From NCBI GenBank assembly GCA_047971215.1, contig JBKDZI010000016.1, forward strand, positions 1 to 60,739: a stretch of DNA of 60,739 nucleotides, read 5' to 3'. Origin of the DNA: Bacilli bacterium. GTDB lineage: Bacteria; Bacillota_I; Bacilli_A; RF39; JBKDZI01. The position numbers and the translations under genes were made by a program. This document shows positions 1 through 8,408 of the stretch, in pieces (position 1 is the stretch's first letter; each line of letters begins with the position of its first letter). Below the pieces are notes generated by a model that saw only the letters and a program-made list of their open reading frames with translations, made no database searches and was not told the DNA's origin.

Positions 1-1
1 T

Positions 2-136
2 AAAAATGTTTCGAATATTAATAGTGAAGCCTTTTTCTTCAACTTTGATGCTACTTATTTTATTAAAGGAGTTTGTGATAGGTTTTCCAATACATCACCA
101 TTTCCAAAAGATAAAATTATTTGCCTAGAAGATTAA
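2..136 (+). CDS. 3-prime end of an unidentified CDS truncated by the window edge
   Basis: Open frame from the window start to TAA at 134-136 (...FIKGVCDRFSNTSPFPKDKIICLED*). No recognisable motif. Confidence 0.3.
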   Translation, partial: KNVSNINSEAFFFNFDATYFIKGVCDRFSNTSPFPKDKIICLED

Positions 137-381
137 AAAACATTGTAAATTTAATATGAGAAAACATATGATTAAAATACAAATATACTATTTTAGTAAT
201 ATAGGGAATACTTTTTTGTAAAAATTTAACAATTATGGGTAGGTTCTAATTGGACCAGAGATTGTTCTAATATTATTTATACTGGATAAATAAAAATTAA
301 TTTTTAAATGATATAATCTAAAAGAAGTGGGTACTATTTTTAATTAATGGAAAATATGATAAAATAATTTTGGTGATAACT

Positions 382-699
382 ATGAAATATATAGATTTAA
401 CATATGATATTAAAGAAATCTTAGAAGAAAATTATATAAATGAAATGAAAAAACTTGAGAAAAAGATATATGAGGATAAGAATTTGTCAAAAGAGTTAAA
501 ATCTTTTAATGAATTAAAAAAGTATAATAAAGAATATCAAAGTAAAGAATATAAAGATAAAAAATTAAATTTACATTCAAATAATTTTGTAAAAGAATAT
601 TTAAAAATAGAAAATGAACTTAATTTATGTATTATTTACTTTAATAATAAACTTAAGAAATTAAAAGATGAAAAAGGGTGTAATCATGCGTGTAATTAG
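382..699 (+). CDS. YlbF/YmcA (Com_YlbF)-like small helical regulator, possible RicF analog
   Basis: About 105 aa, Lys/Glu-rich helical protein ending GCNHACN. It sits directly upstream of and overlaps rsmD, as ylbF lies near ylbH in B. subtilis. ATG 382 is preferred over the track start at 370. Family assignment rests on position and composition only. Confidence 0.4.
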   Translation: MKYIDLTYDIKEILEENYINEMKKLEKKIYEDKNLSKELKSFNELKKYNKEYQSKEYKDKKLNLHSNNFVKEYLKIENELNLCIIYFNNKLKKLKDEKGCNHACN

Positions 700-1213
700 T
701 GGTATTTATAAAGGGAGAAAATTATCTGGTTATAATATAGATGGAACAAGGCCAATAATGGATAGAGTAAAAGAATCTATATTTGCTATGATAAACAGTT
801 ATACAAATGAAGCTAAAGTATTAGATTTATTTGCAGGTTCTGGTAGTCTTGGAATAGAAGCATTAAGTAATGGAGCAAGTAGTTGTATTTTTGTAGATAT
901 GAATAGTGTTTGTATAAATCATATTAAAAATAATACTAAAAATATGCCTTGTGTTACTATTGAAAAAAATAATTATAAAAATGTATTAAATAAATACCAA
1001 GATGAAAAATTTGATTTAATTTTTTTAGATCCTCCATATATTTTAAAAATTTTTGATGATATTATTAATTTTTTAATTGAAAAAGAAATGTTAAATGAAG
1101 ATTGTATTATAGTATGTCATTATGATAAAAATCCACCATCAGAAATTTTAAAATTATGGAAAGAAAAAATATATAAAAATAAAACAATAAAAATATTTAA
1201 ATATAATGCATAA
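686..1213 (+). CDS. rsmD: 16S rRNA (guanine966-N2)-methyltransferase RsmD
   Basis: Motifs RPIMDRVKESIFAMI, SAM-binding LDLFAGSGSLGIEALSNGA and catalytic LDPPY. RBS GGGTG lies just upstream of ATG 686 (track ORF begins at 668). Confidence 0.85.
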   Translation: MRVISGIYKGRKLSGYNIDGTRPIMDRVKESIFAMINSYTNEAKVLDLFAGSGSLGIEALSNGASSCIFVDMNSVCINHIKNNTKNMPCVTIEKNNYKNVLNKYQDEKFDLIFLDPPYILKIFDDIINFLIEKEMLNEDCIIVCHYDKNPPSEILKLWKEKIYKNKTIKIFKYNA

Positions 1214-1285
1214 AAATATTTAATGTTCTCATACTAAAACTGTACTTTTGTAAAGTTTAATTTTAAACAAAAGTAGGAGGAAAAA

Positions 1286-1789
1286 ATGAAAAAAATGTAT
1301 AATAAAGGGTTTACGTTAATCGAGTTACTAGCGGTAGTAATTATTTTAGCAGTAGTATTATTAATTGCAGTTCCAACTGTACTTAATTTAATTGCTCAAA
1401 CTAATAAAAATAAATTTAGGACTGAGTCTATTGCAGCTATTGCAGCAGTACATGATTCTATTACAATGGAACTAACTTCACCAGGGCTTGGTGGAATTAC
1501 TTTACCAACAACTACAACTGAGGCTACTTTAGTTAAAATTTCTGACTTAACTAATTTAGATAATAAATTATTAAATAATAATAATAGTTATGCTTTAGTA
1601 TATATGAATGCTAATGGCAAATATGATATGTTAGTAAATTTTTCAAATGGATCATATCAATATGTTGATATAGAAGCTGCTGAAGTTAAAGATACAACTA
1701 CTGGAATTGATAATATTGCTACTGTTACTGGAATATTAACTTATCCAACAATTGGAGATACAGTTGGATCATATACAGTAATCGAATAA
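1286..1789 (+). CDS. Type IV pilin / pseudopilin-like protein (prepilin-type N-terminal cleavage/methylation domain), copy 1
   Basis: Leader plus motif MKKMYNKG|FTLIELLAVVIILAVVLL (G-1, F+1, E+5) followed by a hydrophobic helix. Strong RBS AGGAGG. Confidence 0.85.
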   Translation: MKKMYNKGFTLIELLAVVIILAVVLLIAVPTVLNLIAQTNKNKFRTESIAAIAAVHDSITMELTSPGLGGITLPTTTTEATLVKISDLTNLDNKLLNNNNSYALVYMNANGKYDMLVNFSNGSYQYVDIEAAEVKDTTTGIDNIATVTGILTYPTIGDTVGSYTVIE

Positions 1790-1889
1790 ATATACCTTTA
1801 AAGTGATCTATTTTGATCATTTTTTTATAATTAATACTTATAAAATAAAATGTAAGTTATAAAATTTTATAGAATTTACTTTATTATGA

Positions 1890-1918
1890 TTGACTATCTA
1901 AATATTTAGTGTTAAAAT
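1890..1918 (+). promoter_or_regulatory. Candidate sigma-A promoter for the second pilin gene
   Basis: TTGACT (1890-1895), 17-nt spacer, TAAAAT (1913-1918), about 25 nt upstream of the RBS. Confidence 0.45.
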
Positions 1919-1941
1919 CAAATAGAAAGTAGGAGGAAAAG

Positions 1942-2469
1942 ATGAAAAAAATGTATAATAAAGGATTTACGTTAATCGAGTTACTAGCGGTAGTAATTAT
2001 TTTAGCAGTAGTATTATTAATTGCAGTTCCAGCTGTACTTAATTTAATTACTCAAACTAATGAAAATAAATTTAGGACTGAGTCTATTGCAGCTATTGCA
2101 GCAGTACATGATTCTATTATAATGGAACTAACTTCACCAGGGCTTGGTGGAATTACTTTACCAACAACTACAACTGAGGCTACTTTAGTTAAAATTTCTG
2201 ACTTAACTAATTTAGATAATAAATTATTAAATAATAATAATAGTTATGCTTTAGTATATATGAATGCTAATGGCAAATATGATATGTTTATAAATTTTTC
2301 AAACGGATCATATCAATACACTGAAGATGTAGAAGCAAATGCAGTTAAAGATTCAAAATTAGGTATTGAAGCTATTAAAATTCATAAAGAAGGCGATATA
2401 AAATATCCAGCAAATGGTTCAAAAGTTGGAGAAGGAGATGCCTATACTGTTGTAGCACCAGCTGAATAA
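1942..2469 (+). CDS. Type IV pilin / pseudopilin-like protein, copy 2 (divergent C-terminus)
   Basis: Same MKKMYNKG|FTLIELLAVVIILAV N-terminus as copy 1. Residues 1 to ~115 differ at only a few positions (T31A, A37T, K42E, T60I); the C-terminal ~55 aa are unrelated. Confidence 0.85.
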   Translation: MKKMYNKGFTLIELLAVVIILAVVLLIAVPAVLNLITQTNENKFRTESIAAIAAVHDSIIMELTSPGLGGITLPTTTTEATLVKISDLTNLDNKLLNNNNSYALVYMNANGKYDMFINFSNGSYQYTEDVEANAVKDSKLGIEAIKIHKEGDIKYPANGSKVGEGDAYTVVAPAE

Positions 2470-2533
2470 TTTATTAAACCTAAAAAAATAACAAATTAAT
2501 AAAACCCTGAAAAAATGATCATTTTGATCATTT

Positions 2534-2788
2534 TTATTTTAGTTTAAATTTTTCTTTATATTTTGTTACAACATTTTTAATTTTATTTGTAAGACTCGTA
2601 TTTAAACCTAATTTTTCTATTTCGACAGTAAAATCTGAATTTAAATATTTTTTCCAATCTTTTTTTATTGCTTCATAAATTATTTTAGCTTCTATATCAG
2701 TTAAGTTAACACCTTCATTTAAAGCAAATTTTTTAATATCATTTAAACTCATAATATTAACATATTTTTCAATTATTTTTTCATACAT
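2534..2788 (-). CDS. Small DUF2624 (YqfT-like) protein
   Basis: 84 aa. The layout ...SLNDIKKFALNEGVNLTDIEAKIIYEAIKK... resembles my recollection of B. subtilis YqfT (ITAEELLKYAKQYGISLS...). Recalled similarity only. Confidence 0.4.
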   Translation of the reverse strand: MYEKIIEKYVNIMSLNDIKKFALNEGVNLTDIEAKIIYEAIKKDWKKYLNSDFTVEIEKLGLNTSLTNKIKNVVTKYKEKFKLK

Positions 2789-2836
2789 AAAATCACCTAA
2801 TTAAGTGTATGCTATAAATATGAAAATAGGTGATTT

Positions 2837-4816
2837 ATGACTAAATTTGTGAAAAAAAATAGAATTATTCTTTTTATAGTAATTAATTTTATTATATTTT
2901 TAATTTTAATAGGCAAACTTTTTAAAATTCAATTTATAGATTATAAATTATATAAAGAAAAATTTAATAATATTGCTTATTTAAAACAAACTAAAATAAA
3001 CGCTCCAAGAGGAAATATTTATGATAGAAATTTTAATTTATTAGTAGAAAATACTATTATAAAAACTATAAATTATAAAAAGAAAGATAATACAAGTTTT
3101 CAAAAAGAATTAGAAATTGCAAAACTTTTAGCTGAAAAACTTGAAATTGATTATTCTAAACTTACTACTAGAGATTTAAAGGAATTCTTTATAGCAGATC
3201 AAAAAGAAAACTCAAATAATCTTATTACAGAAAATGAAATGAATCAATATAAGAAAAAAATTCTTTCTAATGATGATATTAAAAAATTAAAACTACAACG
3301 TATTACAGAAGAAAGTTTAAATATATATGAAAATAGAAAAGAAGAAATTTATTTATATTTTTTAATGAACACAGGATATTCAAAAACTGAAAAAGTATTA
3401 AAATATTATGCTACTGATAAAGAATATGCTTATATTTCTGAAAATGAGGATATATTAAATGGAGTATTTGCATCTGTTTACTATGAACGAGATTATATAT
3501 ATAATGATATTTTAAAAGGAATTTATGGTAAAATTGGAAATATTCCTAGTGAAGAGTCTGATTATTACCTAAAAAAAGATTATGAACTTAATTCAATAGT
3601 TGGGACAAGCTTTATTGAAAAACAATATGAAGAATATTTAAAAGGTACTAATGAAGAATATTCTTTAACTAGAAATGGAACTAAAACTATTTTAGAAAAA
3701 GAAAAAAGTGGTAATGATTTAATTCTTACTATCGACATTGATATTCAAAAAAAATTAGAAAACATAGTAAATAAAAATATTAATCTTGCAAAAAAAAGTA
3801 TATCTACAAAATATTTTGATAAATTATTTGTAGTTATTTCAAATCCAAATAATGGAGAGATTCTTGCTTTATCTGGAAAAAATATTATAAATATAAATAA
3901 TGGATATAAAGTAATTAATTATGATCATGGAATTATTTCAGATTCTATTACTGTAGGAAGTATCGTTAAAGGTGCTACTATGTATACTGGTTATAAATAC
4001 AACGCAGTTAAAATAGGCGAAAAGAGATTAGATAGATGTATAAAAATTTCTGGAGTAAAAGAAAAATGTTCTTGGTCTTCATATTTAGGTACTATTTCGG
4101 ATGTTAAAGCTATTGCTCAGTCATCTAATGCATATCAATTTTTAACTGCAATAAATCTTACTGGTAGTAAATATACTTATAACGTAGCACTAAATAATGT
4201 TGATACATCTTTTACAAAATTTAGAGATACTTTTAAAGAATTTGGACTTGGCACGATATCTGGTATTGATTTACCTAACGAGAAAGTAGGTTATAAAGGT
4301 ACAAAATTAGATGCGGGAACACTTCTTGATTTTAGTATTGGACAATTTGATAATTATACAACACTTGAGGTACTTACTTATGTAAATACGGTAGCAACAG
4401 GTAAAAAAACTGTTCCCCATTTATTAAAACATGTTTATGAAAGCACTACTAATTTTTCAAATTTAATTTATTCTTATGATGAAAAAAATGAGCAAAGCTT
4501 AAATGCAAAATATTTAGGTAAAATACAAGAAGGATTTAAAGAAGTTATAAAAAATGGTACTGGACGAAACTATACTAATAAAAATGCTTGTGGTAAAACA
4601 GGAACTGCTGAATCTTTTTTAGATACTAATAATGATAACAAAATTGATACTAAAACATATACAAAAACTTTTGTAATGTATTATCCTTGTGAAAAACCTA
4701 AATATAGTGTTGCTATTTTAGCTCCAAATATAGGTCATGAAGCAACAAGTAGCTATATTTATCCAATAACTCTAAATATTAGTAAAGAAATTAGTAATTT
4801 TTTGTTTAATTTTTAA
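2837..4816 (+). CDS. Class B penicillin-binding protein (PBP2/MrdA-like transpeptidase)
   Basis: N-terminal TM helix, dimerisation-domain motif APRGNIYDRNFNLLVEN, and active-site motifs S-x-x-K (GSIVKG), S-x-N (SSNAY) and K-T-G (GKTGTAE). Confidence 0.85.
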   Translation: MTKFVKKNRIILFIVINFIIFLILIGKLFKIQFIDYKLYKEKFNNIAYLKQTKINAPRGNIYDRNFNLLVENTIIKTINYKKKDNTSFQKELEIAKLLAEKLEIDYSKLTTRDLKEFFIADQKENSNNLITENEMNQYKKKILSNDDIKKLKLQRITEESLNIYENRKEEIYLYFLMNTGYSKTEKVLKYYATDKEYAYISENEDILNGVFASVYYERDYIYNDILKGIYGKIGNIPSEESDYYLKKDYELNSIVGTSFIEKQYEEYLKGTNEEYSLTRNGTKTILEKEKSGNDLILTIDIDIQKKLENIVNKNINLAKKSISTKYFDKLFVVISNPNNGEILALSGKNIININNGYKVINYDHGIISDSITVGSIVKGATMYTGYKYNAVKIGEKRLDRCIKISGVKEKCSWSSYLGTISDVKAIAQSSNAYQFLTAINLTGSKYTYNVALNNVDTSFTKFRDTFKEFGLGTISGIDLPNEKVGYKGTKLDAGTLLDFSIGQFDNYTTLEVLTYVNTVATGKKTVPHLLKHVYESTTNFSNLIYSYDEKNEQSLNAKYLGKIQEGFKEVIKNGTGRNYTNKNACGKTGTAESFLDTNNDNKIDTKTYTKTFVMYYPCEKPKYSVAILAPNIGHEATSSYIYPITLNISKEISNFLFNF

Positions 4817-4864
4817 ATAATATTTGATATAATTGTTATATGTGCATTAGAAGGAGGTTATTTT

Positions 4865-5035
4865 ATGGCTAAAAAGAGAAATGATAAAAGAAAACGTGTA
4901 ACTTTAAAATGTGCTACTTGTGGTAGAGATACATATAGAATATCTAAAAATGTTCAAAACACACCTGAAAAATTAGCACTTAATAAATACTGTAAATTCT
5001 GTAAAACAACAACAGTTAATAAAGAGAAAAAATAG
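4865..5035 (+). CDS. rpmG: 50S ribosomal protein L33 (Zn-ribbon form). Not in the supplied ORF track (56 aa).
   Basis: MAKKRNDKRKRVTLKCATCGRDTYRISKNVQNTPEKLALNKYCKFCKTTTVNKEKK, with RBS GGAGG upstream and a CxxC...CxxC pair. Confidence 0.9.
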   Translation: MAKKRNDKRKRVTLKCATCGRDTYRISKNVQNTPEKLALNKYCKFCKTTTVNKEKK

Positions 5036-5057
5036 TATTTAATCATAAGGAGTTAAT

Positions 5058-5615
5058 ATGATAAATGTAAATGATTTTAAAAATGGTCTTACTATTAAAT
5101 TTAATGGTAATTTATATCAAGTTATTGAATTTCAACATGTAAAACCAGGAAAAGGTGCTGCTTTTGTTAGAAGTAAACTTAAAAATTTAAGAACTGCTTC
5201 TACAATTGATCATACATTTAATGCTGGTGTTAAAGTTGAAACTGCACATATTGATAAAAATAAAATGCAATTTCTATATAAAAGTGGAGATTTATATTCA
5301 TTCATGGATATGAATACATATGAACAAATGGAACTAAGTAAAGAACAATTAGTTGATGATATTTATTATTTAACTGAAAATTTAGATATTGAGATAGTAA
5401 GTTATGAAGGTGAATTACTAGGTATTAACTTACCTGACAAAGTTGCTTTAAAAATAACTTCTTCAATGCCTGCTGTTAAAGGTAATACTTCAAGTGGGGC
5501 AATGAAAGATGCTACTTTAGAAACTGGATTTGAAATTAAAGTTCCACTATTTATCGATGAGAGAGAAACAATTTTAGTTTCGACTAAAGATGGTAAATAT
5601 GTATCACGTGCATAA
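5058..5615 (+). CDS. efp: Elongation factor P
   Basis: 185 aa. Hallmark FQHVKPGKGAAFVRSKLKNLRT loop carrying the modified Lys. Typical length. Confidence 0.95.
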   Translation: MINVNDFKNGLTIKFNGNLYQVIEFQHVKPGKGAAFVRSKLKNLRTASTIDHTFNAGVKVETAHIDKNKMQFLYKSGDLYSFMDMNTYEQMELSKEQLVDDIYYLTENLDIEIVSYEGELLGINLPDKVALKITSSMPAVKGNTSSGAMKDATLETGFEIKVPLFIDERETILVSTKDGKYVSRA

Positions 5616-5640
5616 ACTACTTTTGTAGTTTTCTTTTTTT
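5614..5640 (+). terminator. Rho-independent terminator after efp
   Basis: Hairpin aaactac-tttt-gtagttt followed by a T-rich tail. Confidence 0.6.
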
Positions 5641-5723
5641 AAGCGACAAAGTTATATAATTTATTTATTCATAAATAGATAAGTACTTAATATAATTTAG
5701 TAAGTTTAGAAAAGGAGACATTT

Positions 5724-6239
5724 ATGAATAAACAAAATTTATGGTTTTTAACTTTATTTAGTTTGATGTTAGTACTTAGTATTTATTACATTACTATGCC
5801 AAATGAATTATTACTTACAAATAACGAAGGTTCACCTAAAACTAAAAAAGTATCTGGAGATGCAGATGATAATGCAGTAGTTGAAATATATGAAAGTGAA
5901 GTTTTAGTCGCACTTCGTGTTGAAAAGGAAGAAGAAATAGAAACACAACTTAGTGAATTCAAACAACAATTAACTAATTCAGATTCAACAACAGAAGAAA
6001 AAAATAATGCATTTGAAGGTTTAAAAGAATTAAATATGACAAAAAGTAAAGAAGAAGGCCTAGAAACAAAAATTAAGGAGAATTATAAAATGGATTCAAT
6101 GGTAAAAATTGATGGAGATCAAGTTAGAGTAATTATTGCATCTACTGCTCATGATGCGACTATTGCAAATAATATAATGAAAACAGTACAAGAAGAATTT
6201 GAAACTAAAATGTATATTTCTGTTAAATTTCAAAAATAA
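5724..6239 (+). CDS. spoIIIAH: Stage III sporulation protein AH-like (SpoIIIAH)
   Basis: N-terminus NKQNLWFLTLFSLMLVLSIYYI matches the characteristic SpoIIIAH anchor (KKQTVWLLTMLSLMVVLSxYY). Acidic linker, then a C-terminal ...VKIDGDQVRVIIAS...MYISVKFQ domain. The gene lies downstream of efp, as the spoIIIA operon does in Bacillus. Confidence 0.65.
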   Translation: MNKQNLWFLTLFSLMLVLSIYYITMPNELLLTNNEGSPKTKKVSGDADDNAVVEIYESEVLVALRVEKEEEIETQLSEFKQQLTNSDSTTEEKNNAFEGLKELNMTKSKEEGLETKIKENYKMDSMVKIDGDQVRVIIASTAHDATIANNIMKTVQEEFETKMYISVKFQK

Positions 6240-6242
6240 TAT

Positions 6243-7139
6243 ATGAAAAGAAAGAAATTAATTTTTGTAATATCATTCATAGTTATTTTTATGCTAGTTT
6301 TAAGCTTATTTGAAACTAAAAAAGGCACTATCATTGTAGATGGAAAGATAATAGAAATAGAAACCAAACAGCTTCTTACGGCTAATTTAATAAAAGATTA
6401 TACAAATGAAAACTTTAAACATAATATTGATAATTTTTTATTAAATGATAACTTTGAAATTAAAATAAATAATTTTAAGAAGATTAATATTGTAACTTCT
6501 GAAAAAAGTTTTATAGTAGGAACTTTTAGTAATACTTTAGAAGAACTTATAAATGAATTAAATCAAGAAGTAGAATTTACTTACATTCTTAAAGATTTAA
6601 ATCAAGATGAGTTAGTTATAAATTTTAAAGAAATCTCTGTTATAAAAGAAGAAATAAAAGAAATTACTGAAGAAAAATTAGAAACTCTCCCAGTTTCTTA
6701 TGTAAAAAATAATAATATGTATGAAGGAAGTAAAAAAATAATCACTAAAGGAACTTCTAAAAAAATTAAACAAACATTTAATGTAGTTTATCAAGATAAT
6801 ATTGAAGTATCACGAAAATTAATATCTGAAAATATTGTTTCAACTGGAAAATCTAAAGTAATATATATAGGTACTAAAAAAATTGATAGTACTGTTTTTG
6901 AAAAGTTGGCTAATTGTGAAAGTGGTGGAAATTGGAGTATAAATACTGGTAATGGATATTACGGTGGTCTTCAATTTAGTAAACCTACATGGAATGTAGC
7001 CTCTAAAGCAGTTGGTCTTAATATAGATTATGCGCATAATGCAACTAAAAAGGAGCAAATACTTGCAGCAACTTGGCTTGCAGATAATTCTGGCTTTTCC
7101 CAGTGGGGAACCTGTAGTAAAAAACTAGGTTTATCATAA
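6243..7139 (+). CDS. RpfB-like cell-wall protein (TM anchor, DUF348-like region, G5 domain, C-terminal Rpf transglycosylase-like domain)
   Basis: C-terminal CESGGNWSINTGNGYYGGLQFSKPTWN...GFSQWGTC is the Rpf-type lysozyme-like signature. The preceding ...YEGSKKIITKGTSKKIKQTFNVVYQDNIEVSRKLISENIV... looks like a G5 domain. Confidence 0.75.
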   Translation: MKRKKLIFVISFIVIFMLVLSLFETKKGTIIVDGKIIEIETKQLLTANLIKDYTNENFKHNIDNFLLNDNFEIKINNFKKINIVTSEKSFIVGTFSNTLEELINELNQEVEFTYILKDLNQDELVINFKEISVIKEEIKEITEEKLETLPVSYVKNNNMYEGSKKIITKGTSKKIKQTFNVVYQDNIEVSRKLISENIVSTGKSKVIYIGTKKIDSTVFEKLANCESGGNWSINTGNGYYGGLQFSKPTWNVASKAVGLNIDYAHNATKKEQILAATWLADNSGFSQWGTCSKKLGLS

Positions 7140-7142
7140 TTT

Positions 7143-7171
7143 AAAACTGTCGATAAAATTGACAGTTTTTT
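7143..7171 (+). terminator. Rho-independent terminator
   Basis: Hairpin aaactgtc-gataaaatt-gacagttt followed by a T run. Confidence 0.6.
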
Positions 7172-7234
7172 ATAAATTATAAAATTAATTATTGAATAGA
7201 AATAAATAACATGATATTATTAAAATGTATTGAT

Positions 7235-7311
7235 GATCCTTTAGCTCAGCTGGATAGAGCAATCCCCTCCTAAGGGATAGGTCGGAGGTTCGACTCCTCT
7301 AGGGATCGCCA
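7235..7311 (+). tRNA. tRNA-Arg (anticodon CCT, reads AGG), with encoded CCA
   Basis: Cloverleaf by eye: acceptor GATCCTT/AGGGATC, D-arm GCTCAGCTGGATAGAGC, anticodon stem ATCCC/GGGAT with loop CTCCTAA, T-arm GGAGGTTCGACTCCTCT, and 3-prime GCCA. Confidence 0.9.
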
Positions 7312-7321
7312 TTTTAAATTT

Positions 7322-7343
7322 AACTCTTTTTAAGAGTTTTTTT
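7322..7343 (+). terminator. Rho-independent terminator after the tRNA
   Basis: Hairpin aactctt-ttta-agagtt followed by T7. Confidence 0.6.
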
Positions 7344-7416
7344 AATTAAAATATTATTTATAGTTTGAAAAAACAAGTCAAACTTGTTATAATGATATAG
7401 AAATATAGGAGTAAAT

Positions 7417-7671
7417 ATGAAGAAAAAAAATATTTTTGTCTTACTGGTTTTTTTGTTAAGTGGAATTGTAGTAGGGAGTCTAATTGCTGAATTTTCTAAA
7501 GAAATAGAATTTTTATGGTGGCTTGCTTACGGTGATTCTTTTGGTTTAGCATCACCAATAACTTTAGATTTAAAAGTAATTATACTAACATTTGGGATAA
7601 CTTTTAAATTAACAATAGCGCATATTATAGGTTTGATACTTGCAGCAATTGCTTATAAACATTTATTATAA
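7417..7671 (+). CDS. Small membrane protein, DUF4321-like
   Basis: 84 aa with two hydrophobic segments. The central WLAYGDSFGLASPITLDLKVIILTFGITFKLTIAHIIG resembles the DUF4321 consensus as I recall it. Confidence 0.5.
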   Translation: MKKKNIFVLLVFLLSGIVVGSLIAEFSKEIEFLWWLAYGDSFGLASPITLDLKVIILTFGITFKLTIAHIIGLILAAIAYKHLL

Positions 7672-7714
7672 TTTATTAAAAAAAGCAGGGTAGAATTTTT
7701 ATTCTAACTGCTTT

Positions 7715-8395
7715 TTAATATGGAGTAAAATACGGTTTTGAAATTTCCATGTTAATAATACCTTTTCCTTCAAATATTGTTATTATTTGGTTATATGAAT
7801 TCATTTGTTTAAAATTATTAGTTGGTATAAAAACTGTGTTATCATCTTTCATTACAAATGTAAATAAGTTTTCATCATAACTAGATGGAGTATATAATAT
7901 TTCAGAAATTTTTAATCTAACATCTAAATCAATTTTATTAAATGCTTTTATAAATTTTTTATAAACTTTAATATTTTCATCAAAATCAACTATTGGAACA
8001 TTATACACTTTAGATGTTTCTAATTTAGTAAAATCTTCTAAAATATACATTTCATTTTTATTTTTAAAAAGAATATCTTTTTCTTTAATGATAATTTTAA
8101 GTGTTCCATTTATATATCTTTTAATTTCAACTTTTTCAATAAGTTTATCGTTAGAAATACCTTTTTTTATAGAAGAAGAAAAAGTCTTACTCATAATTTT
8201 TGTATTTATTAGATTACCATCTCTTAATATATCAATTTCAGAAATATTTGTATTACCTTTAATATAAATTCTTTTAATTTCAATATTTAAAAGTTTATAT
8301 ATAGTTAAACTAATTATGAAACAAAAAAGTAGTAAAAATAATATTCGTTTTATATTTAATTTTCTTTTTTTAATTCTTTTTTTTCTTTGTTTCAT
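7715..8395 (-). CDS. divIB: Cell division protein DivIB/FtsQ
   Basis: Basic N-terminus, a single TM helix, and a POTRA-like start (IKRIYIKGNTNISEIDIL). Position immediately after murB, as in the Bacillus dcw cluster. Confidence 0.7.
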   Translation of the reverse strand: MKQRKKRIKKRKLNIKRILFLLLFCFIISLTIYKLLNIEIKRIYIKGNTNISEIDILRDGNLINTKIMSKTFSSSIKKGISNDKLIEKVEIKRYINGTLKIIIKEKDILFKNKNEMYILEDFTKLETSKVYNVPIVDFDENIKVYKKFIKAFNKIDLDVRLKISEILYTPSSYDENLFTFVMKDDNTVFIPTNNFKQMNSYNQIITIFEGKGIINMEISKPYFTPY

Positions 8396-8408
8396 AAATA
8401 GCTCCTTA

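Larger units (their letters stand above)
1271..2318 (+). repeat. Tandem direct duplication (offset 656 bp) covering the RBS and first ~115-125 codons of two pilin genes
   Basis: Segments 1271-1662 and 1927-2318 are near-identical, with only a handful of substitutions in the first ~350 nt. Similarity decays after the shared gatatgtt at 1632/2288. Confidence 0.85.

Noticed and set aside
370-381. Upstream-extended starts given by the ORF track (370, 668, 9320, 13627, 14625, 17861, 18552, 25677, 27021, 27308, 48238, 52957, 53803, 56816, 59395)
   Set aside because: In each case an internal ATG a few codons downstream has a properly spaced Shine-Dalgarno sequence and gives the canonical N-terminus of the family. 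The shorter coordinates were used.
7235-7311. tRNA-Arg as an integration hotspot or boundary of a genomic island
   Set aside because: There is no integrase, no direct repeat of the tRNA 3-prime end, and no foreign-looking genes on either side. The neighbours are rpfB-like, DUF4321 and divIB.
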